A stretch of 64,000 bases of DNA from Vicugna vicugna. Taxonomy: Eukaryota. The DNA is taken from positions 1 to 64,000 of the forward strand of contig MU058485.1 of NCBI GenBank assembly GCA_013265495.1, given 5' to 3'. Under the pieces are notes generated by a model. It saw only the letters and a program-made list of their open reading frames with translations, did not search any database and was not told the origin of the DNA. Within the stretch, counting starts at the first letter, position 1. The number at the start of each line of letters is the position of its first letter. Of this stretch, positions 1-11,419 are shown piece by piece. A program made the position numbers and the translations under genes.

Positions 1-97
1 GCAGGTAGATGGTGCTCTTCTATGTTTGGACCCCTTCAGTGCTTGAAGTGGAAATTTAAGAGGTGGAAAGGAAGAGCTTGGGGGTTCTCCGTGTTTA

Positions 98-548
98 GGG
101 GCTCCCTATCCAGCAGATTCAACTAACTGTGGATTGAAAATATTCGGGAAAAAACAGAAAGTTTCATAAAGCAACACTTGAATTTGCCTTACACTGGTAA
201 CTACTTACATAGCATTCATATTGTATTAGATACCATGAGTAATCTAGAGATGATTTAAAGTACACAGGAGGACTCAGCGAAAGAGAATGTGACAACGAAT
301 GTATGTGTATATTCATGTATAACTGAAAAATTGTGCTCTGCGTTGGAATTTGATGCAACATTGTAAAATGACTATAACTCAATAAAAAATGTTTGTGTGT
401 ATATATATATATAAAAATTACATGGGAGGGTGCACATATGTTCCATACAAGTCCTATGCCATTTTATACAAGAGGCGTCAGCATCCATGGATGTTGACTC
501 TGGGGTGAGTCCTGGAACCAGTGCCCCATGGTTACCAAGGGATGACTG
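98..548 (+). mobile_element. MER2-like DNA transposon (TcMar-Tigger derivative), interrupted by an L1 3' fragment
   Basis: Matches recalled MER2 motifs (GGATTGAAAATATTCGGGAAAAAA, AGTAATCTAGAGATGATTTAAAGTA, CCTGGAACCA...GGGATGACTG). The element resumes after the insert at ~416. Confidence 0.75.
273..415 (+). mobile_element. 5'-truncated L1 3'-UTR fragment nested in MER2
   Basis: CAACATTGTAAAATGACTATAACTCAATAAAAA plus A/TA tail; related to the L1 tails at 30.6 kb and 50.6 kb; degenerate flanking duplication (TACACAGGAGG / TACATGGGAGG). Confidence 0.65.
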
Positions 549-769
549 GAAGTCCAGGCTCCTTATCCTAGCCTGTTATGTCCCCATGTGGTCTGAATGT
601 TGCTTTTACCACACTCTCCTGGACACTCTACCTGAGTCCTGCCAGACTGCCCTCTGAATCTTGAACAGGCCACACTCACTGCATTTCATGTCTGGCCCCT
701 AGAAATACCCGTTACTTTCTGAGCATGGCTCTGCTTTAATAAAATGGGCTGCATTGTCACTAGAGAAGA

Positions 770-1402
770 CACTGTGAAGGTTCCTTTAAAAACTGAAAAT
801 GTACTTAACTCATGATCCAGCCTTCCCACTCCCAGGCATATGTCAGGAGATAACTCTAATTCAAAAAGTCACATGCACCTCAATGCTCACAGCAGCACTA
901 TTTATAAAAGCCAGGACATGGCAACAACCCAAATGTCCATCGACAGCTGACTGGATAAAGAAGTAGTATTATATTTATACAAAGGAATACTACTCAGCCA
1001 TTAAAAAGAACAAAGTCATGCCATTTGCAGCAACATAGATGGACGTAGGGATAGTCATTCTAAGTGAAGTAAGCCAGAAAAAGAAAAATGCCATATGATA
1101 TCACTTATATGTGGAATCTAAAAAATGTCACAAATTAACTTAAATTACAAAAGAGAAACAGACCCACAGACATAGAGAAACAAACTTACGATTACCAGGG
1201 AGAGAAGGGGATGGGAAGGGATAAATATGGGAATTAAAAAAGTGCCCCTCTTGGGGAGTGATGGGAATGTTAGCTATCTTGATTGTGGTGATGGTTTTCT
1301 GGATGTAGACACTATCAAATTCATCAAATACTACATGTGAAATATGTGTATTTTACTGTACAGGAATCATGCCATAATAAAGGTGCCTGTTAAAAAAAAA
1401 AG
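770..1402 (+). mobile_element. L1 3' end (ORF2 C-terminus and 3' UTR)
   Basis: AAATGTCCATCGACAGCTGACTGGATAAAG, GCCATTTGCAGCAACAT, CTAAGTGAAGTAAGCCAG; AATAAA followed by an A tail; homologous to 62.7-63.05 kb. Confidence 0.85.
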
Positions 1403-1529
1403 AAACAAGAAAAGACTGGCGGCATTGTGTTCTACGTTTCTATGTGTCTTCAGTGAGTGTGTCTTCAAGTTTCTGGTCTGGCATATTTTCTGAACCAGAA
1501 GTACCCTCCTTCCCTTTTCTTTGGTAAAC

Positions 1530-2480
1530 TTTCAGTGGGTGGTATTTATTCCCGTGGCTTCAACTGCTCTCTGTCCAGTGATTAACTGTCAAAGCTTTTC
1601 CAGCTTGGACATCTCATTTCAGTCCCAGAAATATACTTATAATTGACAAGTAGACATTCCCACTTGATAAGCCCATAAAAATCTCAAGCTGTGTATGTTT
1701 GAATTTACACTCGTTCAGAACTAGGTTTACTTCCTCAAACAATGGCATCACTATCCCATCTGTTTTCCGTGCCATGCATCTGGGAGTTTTCCTTTACTTT
1801 TCCACTCCCTCACCCCCGTCAGTAATACAGTTCTATTCCTTAATGTCCCCCAACTAAGTCCCTGCTCCTCGCTCCCCACTGCATTAATTCCCACCCCTTG
1901 CTAGTCTCCCCAGTGCTGTTCTTTAGAGTGAACAATCCACTTTTATCACTTTTATTGAGTAGTTTGTGTCACTTTCCTCCTTAAAAGCCCAAAGAATTCT
2001 CCGCTGCGTATGTGAGAAAGTCCACGCTCCCTGATTTAACGTCACACCTTCTCATCACCTAGTTGCTGCTTTTCTGTCAGCCTCAGCTTCCATTAGTTCG
2101 TCACAGCCTCTAGCCTCACTGACCTTCCTTCCCTAAGTGCAAAGTGCTCTTAGACACGACCAGACCTCACGACGAGACACTCAAGCTGCCGAGAGTCCCA
2201 TCCCCACCACGCACTCTCCTGGTCTAGAGATTTGCTGGAATCCTTCAGATGTCAGTGCAGAAAGCATTTCCTCTCTGACACTTTCCCTACTTTCTAGAAC
2301 CCTGCTCCAGGCAGTGGAAGAGCCCCTCTGAACATACATGATGCCAAATGACTCTTACAACATTGTTTTTATAACCTATTTAAATTTGTCTCTTCCACGA
2401 CACACTGTGATCTCCTTGAGGAATGGGGGGCTGTGTGGTATTTGTCTAGAGAGCTAATGTCTGGCACAGACCCCGGGCCA
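1530..2480 (+). mobile_element. Decayed L2 fragment
   Basis: L2-like 3' motifs (GACATTCCCACTTGA, CTGTGATCTCCTTGAGG, TGTCTGGCACAG); boundaries approximate. Confidence 0.5.
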
Positions 2481-3525
2481 TCAGAAACAGTCTGCTGACT
2501 CATCAAGAAGAATTGTCGTCTTTGAGATGTAAGAAAGACTACATGATCTCTGATCTCACACCTTCCAGCAAGGGTCAAAATAATTTCACATAGAACTACA
2601 CAGGCAAAATATGTGTATTCTTTTCCACTTTGTGAGCCCGAGATCATAGGCATTCCTGGAACGTAGGTGTCACTCTAAGCTCTCTGTCACCTAGGCTGTC
2701 ACGTCCAGCTTCAACATATATTTTAGAAGTTGTAGGGATACGTGTACATCTCCCCGTCTTAGAGCAAACGACGTTTCAGCCTCACCCAGTTTAATGTTCA
2801 TGTAAAAATCAGAAATCTTCCAAACTGAAGCCTGAGGAAACATTTCCCTTCTCTCCTTCCAGTCTGTCTGCCATCTGCATCCCACATCCCCACTGCTCAC
2901 CTGCATCAGGCTACCTTCCATCTAGAAACATTTTTGGTGGGACACTTGGATGAGAAGTAATTACAGCAGTCATGAAAATGTTCCCATGAACATAGGCTCT
3001 GCACAATAAGGATGCTTTGACCGGAGGCCTCAGCCGTGGCCTGCAGTGTCTTTTCACGTGTTCTGCCTGGCTTCCCTGCAGACGTTCTGCAGAAAATCAA
3101 GCCTGCAGTTAAAGTCACAGAAGGCCCAAGAAATCCAGAAAAATAGAGTGAGATTCATCTCCTTGGGAATGTTTTTGAAAACCATCCATTAATAGGAAGA
3201 AGAGCTTTAAGAAGTTCGTTTCAGAGCAGATGATGTCCAACTGCAGGTGGGTCAGTGTTGTCATTTTTACTCTCTAGTTGGCTTTCTGCTGCTTCTAACA
3301 TGCCGCTGTTTAGAGAAGTGGCCCGAGCTGGCCCTCAGAGAAGAAAGGTGAGCTGGGCCTGGTGACAGCCTAGCTCCTCTGCTGTGTAGTAACCCGCTGA
3401 GAAGGAAGGGATGGCCCAGGGCTTCCTCTGACTCTCTCCTTCAGTTATAATCTCTCTGAAGGGAAAATGGAGTAAAAAATCTTAATTCAGTATGGTATTG
3501 TCAAAGTATAAAAATAATTGTCTTT

Positions 3526-3620
3526 GGAGGGGAGGGTATAGTTCAAGGGGTAGATTTCATGCTGGGTTCAATTCCCACTATCTCAATGTAATAAAATAAT
3601 AAGAAAAATTCTTTTTATAA
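3526..3620 (+). mobile_element. vic-1-type tRNA-derived SINE (internally deleted)
   Basis: GGGGAGGGTATAGTTCAAGGGGTAGA...CTGGGTTCAATTCCCA plus A-rich tail; same family as 44,074, 45,545 and 63,284. Confidence 0.7.
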
Positions 3621-3974
3621 AAAAGAAAAAGAACAAAGAAGAAAAGAGATCTCAAACAAACCAACTTTAAATGGAAAAAATGTTTTTTATAAATAGTAAT
3701 CAGCTCAGTCTTTTGCTAGATTAGGAGTTTGGGATTAACAGGTACACACTACTATGAATAAAGTAGTTTTAAATAAAGTTATTTTATTCATTTATTTATG
3801 AATAAAATAAATAACCAACTCCCACGTACTTAGTAACCTAGTTCAACCTGAATCCTTTCTCTTTTTTCCCCTAAGCAACCCGTGGAAACCTCTGAAATTC
3901 TCAACTTATAAAGGAATTCATTTAAAGGTGGTTTGAAAGTTACTGCTTAAAATTTTGTGGTTCCATGAATATAG

Positions 3975-4580
3975 GTCTAGTAAGAAATATAGACAATAAA
4001 CCAGTAAGCAAATAAATATATTATGTACTGCCAGGTACTAAAAACTTCCACAAAGAAACATAAAACATATTAGAAGAGAAAAATGATTGAATAGGAAATA
4101 TGTGTGTGCTATTTTAAATAATGTGGTCAGATAAGTCCTCTCTGAAGGTAAAATAATTTGAACAAAGTCCTGAATGAAGCAAAAGAATAAGCCACATAGG
4201 TAAGAGACAAGAAAAGCCCCTCAGCCCGGGAGAAGTGTAAGTGCGAGACTTGGAGTTACAAACACAGCTGTCCTGGTGGGGACCATCTGGGCGGTGAAGT
4301 TGGGCTGGAGCAGAATGGTGAGAACTGAGGCTGCAGAGTCTTGTGAGGGACCAGATCACACAGGGCCTTGGTAGAGACTTGATATTCTTTTGAATAAAAT
4401 GGAAAATCACGAGAGTATTTTGTTCAGGGGAAAAACTTGATCTGATTCATACTTTAATAAGACCGTTGTGGGTAACGTATGGGGAATAAAGAATGGAAGC
4501 AGGACAAGGGAAGCTGATGGGAAGCCACTGGGAAGAGTGCTGCTGACCTGGAGAGAGACACCGAGGTTGGGCTGGGATGA
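3975..4580 (-). mobile_element. Decayed L2 fragment
   Basis: Purine-rich reverse L2 motifs (CCAGATCACACAGGGCCTTGGTAG, TTGTTCAGGGGAAAAACTTGATCTGATT). Confidence 0.55.
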
Positions 4581-5939
4581 TGTCGGGAGACGGGCTGAAA
4601 GGGGGACACGACTTGACAATAACGGTCACAGGCCTTAGTGCTCGATTTGGACACAGCAAGACACAGAGTGGTTCACGTTGACAGGTATGTGATATTTGGG
4701 GCTGAGCCACAGTTTTTGTGCAGAGACCTGACAGGAGAATAAAGTGGGGACGTTGACGTCGGTAAGAAGGGTTGGTGGGCGTTGAATTCCCCCTAGAGCC
4801 GTGTCTCTGTTTCTCTGTAGATGAAGTCAGCAGAGCAGGGATGGGTGTTCCTACTTCTGCAGAGAATTGCGTATCCTCCTCATAGAGAAATTCGAGAGGC
4901 CGACCTGCCGATCCAATTGCAACATCTTGAATCTGCTTCTTTCTATCCAGGAGATTTCCAACTAAGATGCCAATCGAAAATTCCCGTGTCCAGAGTTAGA
5001 GCTGTGTGCTTTTGGGATGATATCAGAGATGACTTCACAGAGGCTCGGTGTGCTCTCTCTACCTCAGAGAACACATGTCCCCTTCAGCCTGGTGGGTCTT
5101 AGCAGAGAAGGCTTCACAAATAGCCCCTCTCAGGCCCTGGGGACCAACCTCCCTCTGGGCCAAGTTCTGAAAGCAAGCATGAGGTCCAGGCAAAGGAGCT
5201 GGCCATGTGCGATCTTGGGGAGGGCTTTGTCCAGGGAGCCATCTGGACGATTACATGATGACAGCCTACAAAAGAGTGGGAGGGTTGATGGTATAAATGG
5301 ATTTTAATTTTTGCTCTGAATCTGATTCTGTCCTTCCGTTTTGTTAAGGTAGTGTTCTTAGGCTAGCCATGTTTCTCCTTTGTCTTTCTTTCTATTTGAT
5401 CATCTAAGAGGTTTAGATAGGGTATTTGTTTTAGGGTAAGAACCTTTAAAAAAATCCTTGCAAATAGCATCTTATTGGGCATTTGGACAAGACAATCAGT
5501 AAATTCTCCCAGCAGTATTGAATCCCCTTGTTCCTCCAGGGGGTCTCCAAATGTATACATGTTCCAAATCTGACCCAAAACCAATGAGCTTTTTTTTTTA
5601 ATCACTTCGCCATGGACAAAAGATGTCACTAAAGAAGGTGAGAAAAGAGCAGGTCCCCATCATCCAGATTCCCTCCCAAAGAGCCCACAGAAGTAAAGAG
5701 GAGATGAAAGAGAGAAACCGTTTATTTATATACATGCAGGAGCCACCCAGAAAAGTAACTACCATGTTAAATGGTGAAAGTTAAAGGCTTTTTTATCAAC
5801 CTAACTTAATAGGGCAAAGGGAGAGGAGAGAATTGGCTTCCATGACAGGTTTTCTTCTACATCTATTGACTCCCAGTTATCTTCAGCTTAAATTACTTTT
5901 GTATTAACTGTGGGCTCCATCTGACTTTCCATTCCTGGA

Positions 5940-6230
5940 ACTTTGTTATTCTTTCTCAAATTCACTCATGTATTCTGAGCCCCTGGATTTTCCACGTGAA
6001 TTTTAGATTGATGGTCAATTCCTGCAAAACACCACCTGGGATTTGGATAGGCATTGTTTGATTCCTTAGTTCTATTCGTGGACTATTGTCATCTTAGTAG
6101 AATGAAGCCTTCTGCTCCATGAATATGGGATTACTTTCTGTGAATGTAGGTCTTAATTTCTCTCACCAGAATCTCTCATCTATTGTAGTCTTCAGTGTCC
6201 AAGTCTGGTACTTCTTCCTCACCTCTATTG
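5940..6230 (-). mobile_element. Old L1 ORF2 fragment
   Basis: TTCCACGTGAATTTTAGA...CTGGGATTTGGATAGGCATTG...CCATGAATATGGGAT is a reverse L1 ORF2 signature. Confidence 0.65.
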
Positions 6231-6785
6231 GATGCTGCTTCAGAACAGACACGACCTCCTGGAAAACCTCAACTGCCATGGAGCTGAGATGGAACTGAGT
6301 CCTGAGAAGGCTTTAAATTCTTTTAAAAATAGGATTAATGTACTTTAATTATTCCAGAGATGAGTAATGAATGTGTCACATTAACATAGGATTATAATCC
6401 TTTTAGAATTAGAGCAATACATACACATTACAAAAAATTGAAATATTACCTAAAAGAGAAGAGAAGAGATTTGTAAATCCCACCCACAGAGGTAACTCTC
6501 ATGAATGATTTGGTGCTTGTGTTTCAGTCTCTGTGTCTCTCTGTCTCCATCTCTGTCTCTCACACACTCACAATCAGATTCATTTGCATCTATGTTGATT
6601 TCGCACATATGTGGTCGTGCAGATGGGACCCTGGATGCAGGCAGCGGGTCTGCATACTTCCACCACAACTGCACAGCATTCATTCATCTACGTGAACCAG
6701 AACGTGTGGACCCCATCCCATCTCCATTTACGTTAGTGTTGCTTTAATTCCAACTGTTTCGAGCAGTGCTGTGATGATCACCCTT

Positions 6786-7791
6786 GAAAAGACATCTTTG
6801 AATAGGTGTGCAAGGACTTTAGTGGGATGAACTCTAAGGATGCTGGGGAAGGGATGCACATGTGGCCCTTTGATTAGTGCTGCACCCAGTTCTCCCAGAG
6901 AGGAGTGTCCGTCCCTCTTCCCTCCAGGGTATATACTGGAGCCTCTGCCTGCTCACATTGTCAACAGGGCTGGTTGTCACCCAGGCTGGTTGTCACCCGA
7001 CTAAAGACCTGCCAGTGTGATGGTGACAAGTGTTCTTTCAATAGTGTATACATCCGCCTGTGTCCTCACCTGAGAGGTCAAGCATCTCTGACACACACTG
7101 GCCACCTGCACTGCCTCTCATTGGAACTGCCCATGCCTGTTCTCTTTCTGTTTAGAACACTGGGTTTCGAGAGGTTTTTGGGCTACAGGGATGTGAAAAC
7201 TTTCTCCAGACTTGGGTTATGAGGAACAAATTTACTAGGTTGTGGTTTGTCTTTCCATCTGTTTTCTGGGCTTTTGCTAATTTTTTTTTTGTTTGGTTGG
7301 TTGTGTTTTTGCCACAGGAAGAGATAAGCATCTCCCTTCTGTCTTCTGGCTGTGGTGTCACAGGGGGAACAGCAGTGTCGACCCTGAGATTATGCACAGA
7401 GTTACTAAAAGGGCTTCATTTTGTACATCACATCTTTAATCCCCCTGGATATCCCTTTCAAATAATAAAAATGCTGTTTCAAGTGAAAACAAACAAACAA
7501 AAAATCTCCAGCCCCAGCTTAAAACATGTGGGCAGGCACAAAAACCAACTTTCATAAAGTTTCATTGACAGGGAACACCCAGGAGAGGTAAAGTCACCCA
7601 GAGAGAAAGAGGACTTGGGGTTGCCAGGGGCTGGGGGAGGGAGAAAGAAGAGTGCGTGCTCTGCATCCAGGGTTTTACTTTGAGGAAAGAAATAGTGTGA
7701 AACTAGATGGTAGTGATGGTAGCACATCATGTGTATGCCTCTAATGCTCCTGAACTGCACAATTTAAAAGGGGAAAAGTCTATATTTTATT
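6786..7791 (+). repeat. Direct duplication copy A (~1 kb, built from decayed L1 pieces)
   Basis: Colinear with 10,416-11,391; shared blocks include CTAAAGACCT.CCAGTGTGATGGTG, CTGACACACACTGGCCACCTGCAC, GAGTTACTAAAAGGGCTT and AACTGCACAATTTAAAA. Confidence 0.9.
7786..7791 (-). terminator. Candidate polyadenylation signal AATAAA
   Basis: TTTATT on +, ~250 nt past the predicted stop at 8,040, preceded on - by a U-rich tract. Confidence 0.45.
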
Positions 7792-8039
7792 AATGAATCT
7801 TTAAAAAGAGAAACAAAGAATGCCATAAATGATGTGAAACAAACAAAGGAAACTAAAGAAAACCAAACAAAAACATCTCCAGCGGAAGGGACGTCAAGAT
7901 TGGGAGGGGGAGGGGGAGGGGATTGATGGTGGGATTTTGGAGAAGCAGGTGTGGGTGGGTGCAGAGTGGCTCTGCCCCAGGGGGTGGTGATGCCTGAAAT
8001 GGTTCTCCGTTGCCCAGCCACCCAGGTGCAGAAGCAGTT

Positions 8040-9304
8040 TCAGGAGGAGCTGCAGGAGCGGCAGGAGGGAACTCGGGGTCTCCTGCTGGATGCAGATCGT
8101 CCTTCTTTTGGTCTCTGATATCTTCCCCTGCCCCCTCTGTAACTGTTGGATATGGAGAGAGTTTTAAGTCTTGTGGAAGAGCTCATGCTGTGAGAGAGGA
8201 AAAATTGACCCACCTGCCTCCCTTTCCATGTGCCTCTTCAAGGACAGAAACCTTCCCAGAGCTTTCCAGACAGCTCCCACCCAGAAAGGGCCCACAGGAT
8301 CTGTTCTGTGACTGAATTCTTCCAGGCAGGTGGTCTGAGGCCATTCTTTGGTCTGTTCCCAACAGTAGCCTCTGGGGACACCTCCCTGTGTGGCCCGGCC
8401 CTCCCCCCTCCCTCACCTACACACATGCACCAGCCCTGCCTTTCTGATCTTCAGACTCTGCTTCGGGGGCTCCTGGGGCTCCACCTGACTTCCAGCGATG
8501 TGGGCACGGTGCTCCAGTTCAGAGCCGGGTGTGCTGAGCTGCCCGTCAGCCCCGGGCAGGTCCCTGGGGAGAGCCCTGGGTGATGTCTGTGTCGGAGTCC
8601 TGCCCCATTCATTTCTGGGCCACGGTGTTGGGGACCCCTCCATATCCAGACCCACCTGGAGCCTGCGCTGGCCCTCAGAAGTGTGGCACACCAGCATTTC
8701 ACTTGGGGAGGCAGTGTGGGTGTTCTTATTCATCAGCTCCTTTTCAGTATGTGGTGTCTGGCCCTACAATGACAGTGACCAGCAGCTGACCTGGCCTGGA
8801 AGTCTCAGAGCCCTGACCGGCCAGGAACACTCCTGCTTCTGTCCACTCGATCCTCTGCTGCCAGATCAGACTGGGACCTTGTTCAGCTCAGACACCCGGG
8901 AGGGAAAAGACATACCCAGAGAGCATGGGCTCCGCCTCGGGCAGCAGGACCCTGCCCCGGCTCTCCACATCCCAGCCAGCCAGCTTTGACCTGGGCTGTG
9001 GATGTGACCGGCCCCCCAGGCCTCTGACCTGCTCTTGCTTGAGGCAGAAACCCATCCCCAGCATGACTGCTCCACCTCCACCAGCCAGGACGGGGCCGTG
9101 GGTCTATCTGTGTGGGATCTGAGCAGTGGCCCGGCCTGGGCGGGCCTGCTCTGGGCCTCCCGGTGTTACCTTTGGGTCTCTCTGACCAAAAGGCCAGAGG
9201 CGCCTTGGGTGAGACCTGACCCAGCGCCGGCAGCATTGGTATAGCCCCTCACTGCAGGCTTTCCAGGGGCTGTGGCCTCGGGATATTGGGATGCAGCAGA
9301 ACAT
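8040..9304 (-). CDS. Candidate 3-exon gene, 209 aa, uncharacterised (N-terminus MFCCIPISRG...QCCRRWVRSHPRRLWPFGQRDPK); exons 9304-9170, 8763-8417, 8187-8040
   Basis: ATG in GGCATG context; donors AAG|GTAACA (9169) and TAG|GTGAGG (8416); acceptors CATTGTAG| (8764) and TTTTTCCTCTCTCACAG| (8188). Phases 0 and 2 join into an open 630-nt frame. The N-terminal exon resembles, from recall, that of multicopy RalGDS-like predicted proteins; no RasGEF domain is visible. Confidence 0.55.
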
Positions 9305-9395
9305 GCCTCTGTCTCCAACCAGGTGAGCTGAGTAGGGACTTCTCTACAGTGTGAGTGCCTGCTGGCCTCTGTTCTGAGTTGTGCTCTATTGCCAG

Positions 9396-9413
9396 GGAAG
9401 TGATGTCACTTCC
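9396..9413. promoter_or_regulatory. Palindromic ETS-CRE-ETS element GGAAGTGATGTCACTTCC
   Basis: 18-bp near-perfect palindrome ~90 nt upstream of ATG 9304; CCAAT at ~9,476. Confidence 0.45.
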
Positions 9414-10184
9414 TGGGGTCCCCTTACCCAAGCCTCCTCCCTAAACAAAGCTCCCCAAGGGATTTTCTGGTCTGCCAATGGCTCACTTCCCTCCCCAAAC
9501 AGCGACACCAACTCAGCCCCCAACCATAGCCGTGGGGAGGCCTGGATGCAGCCAGGGCCACAGCTCTGAGGACACAGGTGGGTTCAGACCTGGCTCTCCC
9601 CACTCAGCAGTGATGTCACCCTGGACAAGACATGTGCCTCTCAGGGCCTCCCCAGTCCCCCATCGGCACAGTGGGGATCATTCTGGCCCCTGCTTCCTAG
9701 CGAAGCCATCCTGTCTTTAGACCAAGAAACACCTACTGCATATGTCACCCCCATGGGCTGGCATCATAGGGAGTTCGTGCACAGACTCAGCAGAGGGAGG
9801 ACCCCACAGAGGGCTGGCAGAGCACAGAGCACATGCCACACAGGCCGAGGTCTGCCCTGGGGTCTGGAGAAAGTCACTTTCCTTGCTGCTTGCTTCCCAG
9901 CTCCCAGTTGTGAGACTAAAATTAAATACAACACTGACTTCGTCCACTCTGGCATACAACATCCTAGGTCATTCTGTCATGTTGACATACAGGCCCAGTG
10001 TCTCATCTCGTCCTCTGTGGTGGACTGCCCACAATGGCTTCCTATTTTTTCCCTTCTGTTCCCACGCCATTGTGTGATCCCCACACCCTCCCCTGGATTG
10101 TGGATTAACATTGGAACCAGCTTGTGACATGTAGACTGACTTGTGAAAATGTGCGTGAGTTCCACTCATTCCAAGCTCCAGTGT

Positions 10185-10340
10185 TTATTTTCTCTGTCTC
10201 TCAGTGCCTCTCTCTCTGTCTTGTCTCTCTCTGTTTCTCTGTCTCCCCCTGCTTCTCTGTGTTTCTGTCTGTCTGTCTCTTTTCCTGGATGTATGTATGT
10301 ATATATTTATGTGTATATCTGTGTATTTATGTGTGTGTAT
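10185..10340. repeat. (TCTG/TC)n followed by (TATG/TG)n low-complexity repeat
   Basis: Directly visible. Confidence 0.85.
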
Positions 10341-10415
10341 TGTTAAGTCCCAGGAAAGGTCACTTCTGAAAATGCCTTGATGACATATTGATTATTTTGA
10401 ATTCATGTTACTGAG

Positions 10416-11391
10416 GAAAAATCATCTTTGAAATTTGTATAAGAACTTTGTTGGGATCAGCTCTAAGGATCAGCACTGCTGGGAAAGGGATGCACCTGTG
10501 GCACTTTTATATATCCTGTACCCTGTTCTCCCAGAAAGGAGTGTCTATTTGCTCTTCCTTCCAGGCAATCTGCTGGGTCCTCTGCCTCCTCACATTGTCA
10601 CCAGAGCTGCTTGTCACCAGGCTAAAGACCTACCAGTGTGATGGTGGCCAATGCTGTCTCCACAGTGTGTTCGTCTGCCTGTGTCCTCACCTGACACACA
10701 CTGGCCACCTGCACGGCCTCTCATTGGAACTGACTGTGTGTGTTTTGTTTCTTTTCAGAACACTGGGTTTCAAGAGGTTTTTGGCCCACAGGGATGTGAA
10801 GCCTTTCTCTGACCTTGAGTCATGAGCAACGCTTTTCTCAGGCTGTGGTTTGTCTTTCCAGCTGTCTTTCTTGGCATTTGTTTTCTGGTTTGGTTTGGTT
10901 TTATTTTGCTACAGGAAGAGATAGGCATCTCCCTTCTGGCTCTGGTTTCACACTTAGAACAGCAGTGCCTACTATGAGATTATGCACATAGTTACTAAAA
11001 GGGCTTTATTTAGTACGTCTCATCTTTAATCCATCTGGATTTTCCTCTCAAAGTACAAAAATGCTAATTCACGTGAAAACAAAAAAATTCACCCATCTCT
11101 GCTTAAGATATATGGGCAGACAAAAATACAAAAACAAAAAGAGAAAAGCCAACATTTATATGATTTCATTGATAGGGAACCACCAGGATAGGTAAAGACA
11201 CAGAGAGAGAAATGGGATAAGGGCTTGTCACAGTCTGGGGGAGGGAGGACGTGGGGTGTGCTTTGGATACAAGGTTTTACTTTAAGGAAAGCAATAGCCT
11301 GAAGCCAGTGGTGTTGGTCTCACAGCATTGTGAATACACCTAATGCACCTTAACTGCACAATTTAAAATGGGAAAAGGCTAAACTTTATTC
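10416..11391 (+). repeat. Direct duplication copy B
   Basis: Colinear with 6,786-7,791 at an offset of ~3.6 kb, with many substitutions and small indels. Confidence 0.9.
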
Positions 11392-11419
11392 TTATAAACT
11401 TAAAATTTAAAAATAGAAT

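Noticed and set aside
3082..3347. Two plus-strand exon-like segments
   Set aside because: The first has stops in all three frames and no recognisable product; splice motifs alone are insufficient.
8883..9236. 117-aa ORF as first exon via a donor at 8,915
   Set aside because: Frame-compatible, but the ATG context is weaker and it lies downstream of ATG 9304, whose exon has a family-like motif and its own donor. Kept only as a possible alternative.
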